A stretch of DNA of 64,000 nucleotides. Source: Actinomycetota bacterium (lineage in GTDB: Bacteria > Actinomycetota > UBA4738 > HRBIN12). Positions 20,077-28,818 of the stretch are shown piece after piece. The notes beneath the pieces were generated by a model. That model was not told where the DNA came from. It made no database searches and saw nothing but the letters and a program-made list of their open reading frames with translations. The stretch spans positions 43,766 to 107,765 of the forward strand of contig JAXDJX010000012.1 in the NCBI GenBank assembly GCA_034667405.1. The letters are read 5' to 3'. Both the position numbers and the translations under genes were made by a program. Within the stretch, counting starts at the first letter, position 1. The number at the start of each line of letters is the position of its first letter.

Positions 20077-21033
20077 GTGTTCGCGACCCGTAGGAGCTCC
20101 GCTATCGCCATCGCGCAGAACGTCACCGAACGCACATCCGAGCCACCCAGACTGCACGTCATCCGGCGCGTCCGTGAACTGTACGGCTACCGCGAGATCC
20201 TCCTGAACCTGGTTCGCAAGGAACTGAAGGTGAAGTACACGGCGTCGGTTCTGGGCGCGGTGTGGTCCCTGCTCAACCCGGTTGTGTTCCTCATCGTGTT
20301 CACGTTCGTCGTCATCGTGACGGGTAACAACATCCCGCATTTCCCGGTGTTCCTGCTCTCGGGGCTCCTGGCATGGAACATGTTCTCTGTCTCGCTCGCC
20401 CAGGGGGCGCGCGCGGTGTTGGACAACGCCAACCTGGTGAAGAAGGTCTACTTCCCACGCGAATTGCTCCCGATGGCGGCTATCGGCGTCTCGCTCGTGG
20501 ACTTCGTGTTGCAGTCGGCAGTGCTCCTGCTCTTCATGCTCGCCAGCCGGTTCCCCTTCCAGTTCGGGGGCTTGGCCCTCTATCCGATCGCGTTCGCCAC
20601 GTTGCTCGTCTTCACTACCGCAGTCACGTTCTGGGTGTCGGCGCTCAACGTGCGGTATCGCGATGTTCAGCATCTGGTGAACCTGGGGCTCCTCGTGTGG
20701 TTCTGGTTCACGCCGATCGTCTACTCCGCCTACCTGGTGCAGAACTACTTCGTGAACGGCAACCCCGGCGATAACGCGGTGATCCCGCATCCGGCCGTGT
20801 GGTTCGGATACCTCTTGAACCCCTTGGCCACGATCGTCATGAGCTTCCAGCGCGCGCTGTACGGCGTCCATCCCGTCACGGACTCGGGTCACGTTCACAC
20901 CGTGCTTCCGGATGTGAGCGTTCTCTGGCTGGTCGAGCTCCTCGGGATCGCGCTCGTCGCGTCGCTCATCCTCCTGCGGATCACGTGGGGGCAGTTCTTC
21001 CGGCTCTCCGGCGACTTCGCCGAGGAGCTGTAG
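20077..21033 (+). CDS. ABC-2 type polysaccharide export permease (Wzm/TagG-like)
   Basis: YREILLNLVRKELKVKYTASVLGAVWSLLNP is the ABC-2 signature region, followed by about six TM segments. The GTG start is uncertain. Confidence 0.88.
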   Translation: MFATRRSSAIAIAQNVTERTSEPPRLHVIRRVRELYGYREILLNLVRKELKVKYTASVLGAVWSLLNPVVFLIVFTFVVIVTGNNIPHFPVFLLSGLLAWNMFSVSLAQGARAVLDNANLVKKVYFPRELLPMAAIGVSLVDFVLQSAVLLLFMLASRFPFQFGGLALYPIAFATLLVFTTAVTFWVSALNVRYRDVQHLVNLGLLVWFWFTPIVYSAYLVQNYFVNGNPGDNAVIPHPAVWFGYLLNPLATIVMSFQRALYGVHPVTDSGHVHTVLPDVSVLWLVELLGIALVASLILLRITWGQFFRLSGDFAEEL

Positions 21034-22209
21034 ATGGCCGCCGCGATCGAGGTGCAGGACATCTCGAAGGTCTTCCGCCTCTACAAGGAGAAGCCGGGCT
21101 CCCTCAAGGCGCGTCTCCTTTCCGGCCGCACACGCGCCGAGGATTTCTGGGCGCTGAAGGACGTGACGTTCGATGTTCCGCAGGGGAAGTCCGTCGCGCT
21201 GATCGGCCACAACGGGTCGGGAAAGACCACGCTCCTGAAGTGCATCGCCGGGATCTTGCGTCCGACCCACGGCAGCATCCGCCAACGCGGTCGCATCGCC
21301 GCGCTGCTGGAACTCGGGGCAGGGTTCCACCCGGAACTCACGGGGCGCGAAAACGTCTACCTCAATGCTGCGTTCCTGGGTCTCAACCGCAAGGACACCG
21401 ACAAGGTGTACGACGACATCGTCTCTTTCGCCGAGCTCGGCGATTTCATGGACACACAGGTGAAGTTCTATTCGTCGGGGATGTTGGTACGTCTGGGGTT
21501 CGCGGTCGCCGTGCACGTCGACCCCGACATCCTGCTGATCGACGAGGTGCTTGCGGTGGGCGACGAGGCGTTCCAAGCGCGCTGCCTGGAGCGCGTCGCG
21601 CAGTTCCAGCGTGACGGACGCACCATCGTGCTGGTCACCCACGCGCTCGACACGGTCCGACAGATCTGCGACGAGGCCGTGATGCTCGACCACGGCACCG
21701 TCTACAAGATGGGCCATCCCGACGAAGTGGTTCGCGAACTGCGCCTGAAGATCCTCCACAAGGATCTGGACTACGCCACGGAAGAAGGATCCAAGGAGGT
21801 CGAGATCGTCGGTGCCGAACTCATCCGTGCCTCGGGTGCCACGGACGGCCCGGTCCAGCCGGGCGAATCGCTCACCATCCAGGTCGACCTCAAAGCGAAC
21901 GTGCCCATCGACGATCCAGTGGTGTCCTTCGCCCTGCACGACGGCACGAACCGCTACGTCTTCGGCGGCGACACGGTTTCCGAGCAGATCTCGCTCGGAC
22001 GCTTCGACGGTAAGAAGCGCGTTGCCTTCCACCTGAGATTTATGCCCCTGGTGCAAGGCCGGTACTGGGTGACGCTCGGGGTCCATGGTCGTGACGTCAG
22101 CCGCGTCTACCACGTGCAGGATCAGCGGTATTCCTTCGAGGTCCAGCAGTCCGGCGAACGCAGGGATCAGGTGTTCATCGCGATGGACACCGAGGTCGAA
22201 GATCTGTGA
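21034..22209 (+). CDS. polysaccharide export ABC ATPase with C-terminal carbohydrate-binding-type domain (Wzt/TagH-like)
   Basis: Walker A GHNGSGKTT, signature YSSGMLVRL and Walker B LLIDEVLAVGD. It also has a ~140-aa beta-rich C-terminal extension (GESLTIQVDL...GRYWVTLGV). Confidence 0.9.
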   Translation: MAAAIEVQDISKVFRLYKEKPGSLKARLLSGRTRAEDFWALKDVTFDVPQGKSVALIGHNGSGKTTLLKCIAGILRPTHGSIRQRGRIAALLELGAGFHPELTGRENVYLNAAFLGLNRKDTDKVYDDIVSFAELGDFMDTQVKFYSSGMLVRLGFAVAVHVDPDILLIDEVLAVGDEAFQARCLERVAQFQRDGRTIVLVTHALDTVRQICDEAVMLDHGTVYKMGHPDEVVRELRLKILHKDLDYATEEGSKEVEIVGAELIRASGATDGPVQPGESLTIQVDLKANVPIDDPVVSFALHDGTNRYVFGGDTVSEQISLGRFDGKKRVAFHLRFMPLVQGRYWVTLGVHGRDVSRVYHVQDQRYSFEVQQSGERRDQVFIAMDTEVEDL

Positions 22210-22265
22210 ACGCCCCCGCCCCGCCCTCGGCCGCGCCCCTGCCAACCCATAAGAAAGGCGAACCC

Positions 22266-22637
22266 ATGAACCTGGTCCTCATCCTCATCTCCGTCTGCCT
22301 GGCCGGCGTGGCGCAGGTCACGCTCAAGGTGGGCGTCGACCGCGCCACGAAGGCCGGCGGTGGGGGACATATCGCGATCGGTGCCGGCGGCCTCAAGGAT
22401 CTCGCCCTTTCCCCGGTCGTGTGGGGAGGGCTCGCCGTGTTCGGGATCTCCGCGATCGTGTGGCTGTTCGCGCTCTCCCGTGTCGACCTCTCGTTCGCCT
22501 ATCCGTTCGCGGCGCTCGGGTACGTGATCATCGTGCTCGCCTCCCTGACGGTGCTGCACGAATCCGTACCGCCACTGCGGTGGGCGGGCGTCGCGCTCAT
22601 CATCACCGGGATCATCCTGGTCGCCCGTACCGCATGA
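22266..22637 (+). CDS. small 4-TM EamA/ArnE-ArnF-like membrane protein (putative polyprenyl-phosphate-sugar flippase)
   Basis: ATG 22266 is preceded by GAAAGG. An alternative GTG at 22206 overlaps the wzt stop. Four predicted TM helices. Its stop overlaps the ATG of the next GT2 gene. Confidence 0.6.
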   Translation: MNLVLILISVCLAGVAQVTLKVGVDRATKAGGGGHIAIGAGGLKDLALSPVVWGGLAVFGISAIVWLFALSRVDLSFAYPFAALGYVIIVLASLTVLHESVPPLRWAGVALIITGIILVARTA

Positions 22638-23503
22638 ACCAACCTGCAGGCGCAGAACTCGCCATCGTCATCGTCAACTACAACACTCGCGGGTACCTGG
22701 AGCGGTGCCTGGCGTCGCTTGAGGCACATCGAGGCGAGATCACAACCGACGTCCTGGTCATCGACAATGCCTCGCGCGACGGCTCGCACCTTCGAGCGGT
22801 GGCCGCGCATCCATGGGCGCGCTTGATCGAGAACCCCCGGAACATCTACCTGTCACCGGCGTGGAACCAGGGCATCCGTGAGACCGACGCCCCCTACGTG
22901 CTTCTGCTCAACCCCGACGCTGAGATGCTGCACGGCACCTTGGCCGATTACGTCGTCGTCGCTCGTGAGCATCCCCGTGCGGGGATCGTCGGCCCCGCGA
23001 TCCGCAATCCCGACGGCACGATGTACCCGAGCGGCCGCCCTCTTCCCAGCGTTGCCGACGCGGTAGGTCATGCGTTCCTCTCTCCGTTCGCCCCCGCGAA
23101 TCCGTTCACCCGCCGCTACCACATGGAAGGATGGGACCGAAAGAGCGAACGAACCGTGGACTGGGTGAGCGGGGCCTGCATGCTGATGCCGCGCGCGGCT
23201 CTCGAAGCAGTGGGGGCGTTCGACGAGGGGTTCCCGTTGTACGCCGAGGAGTTGGATATGGCGACGCGTCTTCGCGGCGCGGGATGGTCCGTCCTGTTCA
23301 CGCCGAAGGTGGAGATCATCCACGCGCTGGGGGTGTCGACGGGGCGGTCGCGCCGCATGAGCCGGATGCACTCCAGGTCGATCTTCCGGTATTACCGTAA
23401 GCACCGGGCCGGTGGGTGGCGGAAGGTGACGGTACCGTTCGCCTGGGCCGCGCTCACGCTGCGGGCAGAGATCGACTGGCTGAAGGGGAGGTTCGTTCGG
23501 TGA
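22634..23503 (+). CDS. glycosyltransferase family 2 (WbbL-like rhamnosyltransferase or polyprenyl-phosphate sugar synthase)
   Basis: Uses internal ATG 22634 of ORF 22421..23503. It has LAIVIVNYNTRGYL and VIDNASRDGS GT2 motifs. Confidence 0.85.
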   Translation: MNQPAGAELAIVIVNYNTRGYLERCLASLEAHRGEITTDVLVIDNASRDGSHLRAVAAHPWARLIENPRNIYLSPAWNQGIRETDAPYVLLLNPDAEMLHGTLADYVVVAREHPRAGIVGPAIRNPDGTMYPSGRPLPSVADAVGHAFLSPFAPANPFTRRYHMEGWDRKSERTVDWVSGACMLMPRAALEAVGAFDEGFPLYAEELDMATRLRGAGWSVLFTPKVEIIHALGVSTGRSRRMSRMHSRSIFRYYRKHRAGGWRKVTVPFAWAALTLRAEIDWLKGRFVR

Positions 23504-24522
23504 TGAAGGCCGTCGTGCTGGTGGGGGGAGAGGGAACGCGGCTGCGTCCGCTGACCGAGACCATGCCGAAGCCCTTGCTGCCGCTGATGGACCGGCCTTC
23601 GTTGGCGCACGTCCTGGATCATCTGGGCCGTCACGGCGTCGAGGAGGTCGTGCTCTCAAGTCCGTACCTGGAGGAGACGTTCGGTCCCTTCATCGAGTCG
23701 CGGCACGGCCACCCCCGCGTGATCTGGATCACAGAGGCCGAGCCATTGGGGACGGGCGGCGCGATCGTCAACGCGCTTGACCACCTCGGCACGGAGCCCT
23801 TCTTCGCACTCAACGGCGACATCCTCACCGATCTCGACCTGACAACGATGCTGGCCCAGCACCGCGAGCACGGCGCTGCGGCGACGATCGCGCTGCATCG
23901 TGTGGAGGACGCACGCGCATTCGGTCTGGTGATCACCGAGCCGGATGGACGGGTGCGGGAGTTCCGTGAGAAGCCCGCCGAACTCATCCCGGGTGACATC
24001 AACGCCGGCACCTACCTCATCGACCCGGTTGCACTCGGGCAGTGGAAACCGGGCGTGGCCGCTTCCATAGAACGCGAGATCTTCCCCGCGGTCATCGCCT
24101 CGGGGCAACCCGTCTTCGGGTTCGCCTCCGACGCGTATTGGCTGGACCTGGGGACCCCGCAGAATTACCTCCAAGCGCATTTCGACATGCTCGAAGGAAA
24201 GGTGCACGACGTGACCTACAGCGCCCCGTGGATGGGCCAGGACGCCGATGTCGATCTCCGCGCGCATCTGGGCCGATGGGTCGCGATCGGACCGGGTGCG
24301 AAGGTTGGTGCCGACGCGCAGATCGACGATTCGGTGTTGCTCCCTGGCGCGCGCGTCCTTCCGGGTGCCCGCGTCCTTCGCAGCGTGATCGGCTTCGGCG
24401 CAGAGGTCGGTGAGGGCGCCACGGTCGAGGATTCGGTTCTCGGTGAACGCGCGGTCGTGCCGGGTGACCTTGCGCTGCAAGGAGAACGGGTCGCATCGAA
24501 CACCACTCACCGCCCGGCCTGA
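23503..24522 (+). CDS. NDP-sugar pyrophosphorylase (mannose-1-phosphate guanylyltransferase-like)
   Basis: ATG 23503 overlaps the upstream stop (TGATG). It has MKAVVLVGGEGTRLRPLTE and a C-terminal hexapeptide beta-helix. Confidence 0.85.
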   Translation: MKAVVLVGGEGTRLRPLTETMPKPLLPLMDRPSLAHVLDHLGRHGVEEVVLSSPYLEETFGPFIESRHGHPRVIWITEAEPLGTGGAIVNALDHLGTEPFFALNGDILTDLDLTTMLAQHREHGAAATIALHRVEDARAFGLVITEPDGRVREFREKPAELIPGDINAGTYLIDPVALGQWKPGVAASIEREIFPAVIASGQPVFGFASDAYWLDLGTPQNYLQAHFDMLEGKVHDVTYSAPWMGQDADVDLRAHLGRWVAIGPGAKVGADAQIDDSVLLPGARVLPGARVLRSVIGFGAEVGEGATVEDSVLGERAVVPGDLALQGERVASNTTHRPA

Positions 24523-24622
24523 CATCCCCCGAACGGCCCCCTTGCCGCCGGAACCCTTCGGTTCCGAGCGGGCTGAGCCGATGTGGTAGCGTGCGAAGCC
24601 CGACCGGGGAACCCTTCTTCTT

Positions 24623-26428
24623 ATGATGCGACGCTTCTTTCCTTTCGTCGCCGCGACCTTCGTGGCCGCCGCGCTGGCAGTGCCGGTTGCACTCGCCGGA
24701 CCGGCTGCGGCCGGCGGTTCCAACGCCGGCAACGGCTCTGCGCTTACCGCCGGCCCCGCCCCCGATCCAGGTGCCGCGACCCGCTCTCCCGGCAACTTCA
24801 CGTTCTTCGGTTCGGGTTGGGGCCACGGGCTCGGCATGTCGCAGTGGGGTGCCTACGGCCTCTCCAAGAAGAACTGGAACCACTCCCGCATCCTCGAACA
24901 CTTCTACTCGGGCACCACCGTCGTCAAAGAAGCGAACCTCCCGCAAACCATCAGGGTGGGGCTCACCTCCGGCAACGCGACGATCTCGTTGCACGCCGCC
25001 GGTGGTCCCGTGAGCCTGCGGACGGGGGACCAGAACACGGGCCACCTGGTGGGCAAGGTCCCCGGTGGAAAGACGTGGACCGTGCGAGCCGTCGCCACCG
25101 GATACAAGATCGTCGATCAGAACGGCCACACGGTCGGCGGCTCACCCGTGGGTGGACCGTCGCTCGATCTATTCGCGACGTATGCGTCCGGCGGAGCACG
25201 TGTCACCATCCCGCAGGCGGGCGCGTCGTATGACCACGGCTACATCCAGTTCGAGATGACGGGCAACCCCTCGTCGCGAAAGATGAAGCTGGTGCTTCCC
25301 ATCAAGCTCGAGAACTACCTCTTGGGCATCGGCGAGATGCCCAGCAGTTGGCCCGCGCAGGCGCTCGAATCACAGGTCGTGGCCGCACGCAGCTACGCCG
25401 TCTACAAGCTGCGGCACTATCCCATCCAGAGCTCGTGCGATTGCGACGTGGTTGACGGTTCGAACGACCAAACCTATATCGGGTGGAACAAGTCCAGCGG
25501 TCCCGACGGAGCGCGATGGGTGCACGCCGTCGGTGCCACCGACTCGCACGTGGTCGAGTACCAACACGCCGTGGCCGACACCTTCTTCACGGCATCGGAT
25601 GGCGGTCACACCGAGGACATCCAGGTCCAGTGGGGAACGCCACAATCTAGCTATCCGTACCTGGCAGGCGTGTGCGATGCGGGAGAATCGGTCGCGCCGG
25701 GCGACCCGTGGCTCAACTGGTCCAAGACGCTCTCGGCGACCACGGTCACCAACGCGCTCGGCCTGGGCGGTCAGTTGCACACCGTCGCGAAGTTCAGCGC
25801 GGGCAACCGTGGGAGTTCGGGCCGGATCGAGACCATCACGGCCTACGGGACGAACGGAAAGAGCGCTTCGGTCAGCGGCGCCTCCATCCGGTCGCGCTTA
25901 GGTCTCTACGACGATCGCGTCTGGGTGAACACCAACCGCAACGTGCTCGGCGGGATCCGGTCGCGCTATGACGCGGCCAACTGTGCACCCGGGCTCCCGA
26001 CCAGCCAGAGGCGTTCGGTCAACGGTGGAAGCAGTCAGACATTCCAACATGGCGCCATCTACGCGAACGCCAAAGCACACGTGAACGTGTGGATCAAGGG
26101 GGACATCCTCAACGAGTATCACGCCGTCGGCGGGGCAGGCGGCAGGCTGGGACTTCCCACGAGCAAGGTCATCGTGCTCGCGAAGAACCTCAGCTGTCCG
26201 AACGGCTGTTCCCGCGTCGACCTCACCCACGGCCGCATCTATTCCAAGGGCGGTGTCGCCACGAAGGCGCTCTGGGGGAAGGTGCTCCAGTCCTACCTGA
26301 ACCACGGAGGTGCGTCGGGGTCCCTCGGATTCCCGACCTCACGCGTGCAGGGAAGCAACGGCACCAGTACGGCCTCGTTCGAGCACGGGACCATCACCTG
26401 TAACTCCTCGGGCTGCTCGGTCAGCTGA
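24623..26428 (+). CDS. secreted SpoIID/LytB-domain protein with C-terminal LGFP repeats
   Basis: Signal peptide, SpoIID motif GWGHGLGMSQWGAYG, and C-terminal repeats with GRLGLPTS and GSLGFPTS. Confidence 0.85.
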   Translation: MMRRFFPFVAATFVAAALAVPVALAGPAAAGGSNAGNGSALTAGPAPDPGAATRSPGNFTFFGSGWGHGLGMSQWGAYGLSKKNWNHSRILEHFYSGTTVVKEANLPQTIRVGLTSGNATISLHAAGGPVSLRTGDQNTGHLVGKVPGGKTWTVRAVATGYKIVDQNGHTVGGSPVGGPSLDLFATYASGGARVTIPQAGASYDHGYIQFEMTGNPSSRKMKLVLPIKLENYLLGIGEMPSSWPAQALESQVVAARSYAVYKLRHYPIQSSCDCDVVDGSNDQTYIGWNKSSGPDGARWVHAVGATDSHVVEYQHAVADTFFTASDGGHTEDIQVQWGTPQSSYPYLAGVCDAGESVAPGDPWLNWSKTLSATTVTNALGLGGQLHTVAKFSAGNRGSSGRIETITAYGTNGKSASVSGASIRSRLGLYDDRVWVNTNRNVLGGIRSRYDAANCAPGLPTSQRRSVNGGSSQTFQHGAIYANAKAHVNVWIKGDILNEYHAVGGAGGRLGLPTSKVIVLAKNLSCPNGCSRVDLTHGRIYSKGGVATKALWGKVLQSYLNHGGASGSLGFPTSRVQGSNGTSTASFEHGTITCNSSGCSVS

Positions 26429-26429
26429 C

Positions 26430-27248
26430 TCAGATCGCCGAGGTTGCCTCTCGGGCGACGCCGATGTAGGTCCGACCGCCCGCGGGTGGGTTCTCGTATT
26501 GCGAGGCGAACGCGAAGGCGGCCGCAAGGCTCGGCGCGCTGCAGGACTGCAACCGGTGCCACCCAGCAAGGGCCATCTCGATCCCCTTCGGCAACTGTCC
26601 GTTCGTTCCCGGATAGTCGTATGGCGCGATGACGACCTTGGACTGACCGACGTTGGCCGTCTGTGAGTAGAACTCCTTGATCTTCGCAAGTTCGGGCGAC
26701 GAGGCGATGGCGGGGGAGTACCAGATGACGACGCCGGCGTGCTCGAGCGTGTGGATGGCGCGATACACATCAGGGGGAGCGTCGTAGATCCCGGCCGCGA
26801 GTGGTCCCGGTGGGATGTTCGCGTGGGGCCCGGAGACCGGCGGTACGGTGGGATAGGTGCTGAGAGCGGGTTCGGTCAGCACCGGGGCGACGCCGATATG
26901 CGCATGGTCGATGAGGGGGTCGGCGCCACCTGCGTTGTTGTAGTTCGGGGTCTCGACCACGGCATCGCAGCCGGCCGTCTTCGCAGCTGCGTCAGCTTGG
27001 CTGAGGAGGGCGGACATGGTCGGTAGCGTGCCCGCTTGAGTGGACGGCGACTTGCTCGGCAACAAGGTCACGACCGCGACGACCGCCACGATGGCGGCTA
27101 CGACCAGTGCGATGCCGATCTTGCGGTTGCGCTTGCGCGCGGCCATCTGCCGCTCGATCTCCAGTCGCTTCAGGCGTGCTTCCTCCTGACGCTGGGCCTT
27201 CGTCGGCCGGGCACCGGTGTTGCCACCCTGCGATCCCTTGTTGGTCAA
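26430..27248 (-). CDS. membrane-anchored DUF3105-like protein
   Basis: Basic N-terminus and one TM. VSGPHANIPP...IHTLEHAGVVIWYSP resembles the DUF3105 core. The family name is from memory. Confidence 0.6.
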   Translation of the reverse strand: MTNKGSQGGNTGARPTKAQRQEEARLKRLEIERQMAARKRNRKIGIALVVAAIVAVVAVVTLLPSKSPSTQAGTLPTMSALLSQADAAAKTAGCDAVVETPNYNNAGGADPLIDHAHIGVAPVLTEPALSTYPTVPPVSGPHANIPPGPLAAGIYDAPPDVYRAIHTLEHAGVVIWYSPAIASSPELAKIKEFYSQTANVGQSKVVIAPYDYPGTNGQLPKGIEMALAGWHRLQSCSAPSLAAAFAFASQYENPPAGGRTYIGVAREATSAI

Positions 27249-27423
27249 GCTGATCCTCCGGTAGGCGATGAACGGCCTCGCGGGGGCCGATGCGAGGGCG
27301 CAAGCCTACCGAAAGAGTGGCCGTTCGGAGTCTTGCACCACCCATCCGGGCTTCCTATGCTCGGGATGCCTTCCCCAGGCGGCCGGCCGACTACACGCCG
27401 GCCCGGCGCAGAGAGGGGGGCGG

Positions 27424-28818
27424 ATGGCGAAGACCGACGACAGCATCCGGATCGGCGAAGCCGGACCGGGGGGCGGGCTCGACGGATTCTTCAAGATCAC
27501 GGCACGAGGTTCCACCGTACGCACCGAGGTCATCGCGGGCATCACGACCTGGCTCACGATGGCCTACATCCTGTTCGTGAATCCATCGATCCTGGGCCTG
27601 GGTGGCAAAGGCTTGGAGTTCGGCCAGGTTCTGACGGTCACCGCGCTGGCTGCGGGCGTCATGACCATCCTCATGGGGGTGGTGGCGAACTACCCGTTCG
27701 CGCTGGCAGCGGGGCTCGGGCTCAACGCGTTCGTGGCATTCACGCTGGTGCTGGGGGACAAGCTGACGTTCCCGGAGGCGATGGGTGTCATCGTGGCAGA
27801 AGGCATCCTCATCACCATCTTGGTGCTCACGGGGGTCCGCGAAGCCGTCATCAACGCCATCCCCATGGACCTCAAGCGAGCCATCGGTATCGGCATCGGG
27901 GCGTTCATCGCGCTGATCGGCCTCGTGAACGCCGGGGTTGTGACGAACACCGGCGCAACGCCGCTCTCGCTCTCGCCGGAACTGACGAAATGGACCATCG
28001 CCGTATTCGTGGTGGGGCTCGCTCTTTCGGGTGCGCTCGTAGCACGCAAGGTGAAAGGGGCGCTGCTCATCGGCATCGTGATCTCAACGGTGTTCGCGAT
28101 CATCGTGAACGAGATCACGCACCTGGCCATCTGGCACCAGGGGATCGCGGCCGTGCCTCACAAGGTGTGGGCCGCTCCCGATTTCAACCTGGTCGGGAAG
28201 TTCTCGTTCGGGTTCATCTCGAAGCTGGGGATCATCACAGCGCTTGCAGCCGTCGGGTCGGTCATGTTGTCGGACTTCTTCGACACGGTCGGGACGGTCA
28301 TCGGGATCGGCGGCGAGGCCGGGTTACTTGATGACGACGGCAAGCTCCCGGGGATGAAGAAGGTGCTCCTCATCGACTCGTTGGCAGCGATGGCGGGAGG
28401 GCTCACCTCGAGTTCGTCGAACACCACGTTCATCGAGAGTGCCTCCGGCGTGTCGGAAGGCGGGCGGACGGGGCTCGCGTCGGTGGTGACGGGCGTGCTG
28501 TTCCTCCTGGCGATGTTCTTCTCGCCGATCGCCGGGGTCATCCCTCCGGAGGCCACCGCACCCGCGCTCGTCATCGTCGGGTATTTCATGATGACGCTGG
28601 TGAAGGACATCGATTGGGCCGACGCGGGGATCGGGATCCCCGCCCTCCTCACGATCGTGATGATGCCGTTCACCTACTCGATCACGAACGGCGTTGGGGC
28701 AGGATTCCTCTCCTACACCGTGATCGCCGTGCTGCGCGGGAAATGGCGCGATGTCCACCCCCTCATGTACGTGGTTGCGGCGATCTTCGCCGTGTACTTC
28801 ATCCACGGCGTGGTCTAG
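27424..28818 (+). CDS. NCS2/AzgA-family purine (adenine/guanine/hypoxanthine) permease
   Basis: Uses internal ATG 27424 of ORF 27268..28818. FFKITARGSTVRTEVIAGITTWLTMAYILFVNP is characteristic of the family. Polytopic. Confidence 0.88.
   Translation: MAKTDDSIRIGEAGPGGGLDGFFKITARGSTVRTEVIAGITTWLTMAYILFVNPSILGLGGKGLEFGQVLTVTALAAGVMTILMGVVANYPFALAAGLGLNAFVAFTLVLGDKLTFPEAMGVIVAEGILITILVLTGVREAVINAIPMDLKRAIGIGIGAFIALIGLVNAGVVTNTGATPLSLSPELTKWTIAVFVVGLALSGALVARKVKGALLIGIVISTVFAIIVNEITHLAIWHQGIAAVPHKVWAAPDFNLVGKFSFGFISKLGIITALAAVGSVMLSDFFDTVGTVIGIGGEAGLLDDDGKLPGMKKVLLIDSLAAMAGGLTSSSSNTTFIESASGVSEGGRTGLASVVTGVLFLLAMFFSPIAGVIPPEATAPALVIVGYFMMTLVKDIDWADAGIGIPALLTIVMMPFTYSITNGVGAGFLSYTVIAVLRGKWRDVHPLMYVVAAIFAVYFIHGVV

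Noticed and set aside
19129-22245. 1038-aa ORF on the minus strand spanning the glycan export genes
   Set aside because: It lies entirely antisense to four well-supported plus-strand genes with clear ABC and GT motifs. Its translation is Arg/Gly/Asp/His-rich low-complexity sequence typical of antisense frames in high-GC DNA.
24549-24566. Hairpin CGGAACC-CTTC-GGTTCCG after the ManC-like gene
   Set aside because: It has only a 7-bp stem with no U-tract and lies in the leader of the next gene. That is too weak to call a terminator or regulatory element.
27249-27423. Possible purine riboswitch upstream of the NCS2 purine permease
   Set aside because: I could not fit the conserved three-way junction (P1-P2-P3 with the UAUA and GUUUCUACC-like joining regions). 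Only a CCGACUA-like fragment is present. It would need cmsearch with the purine riboswitch model to exclude completely.
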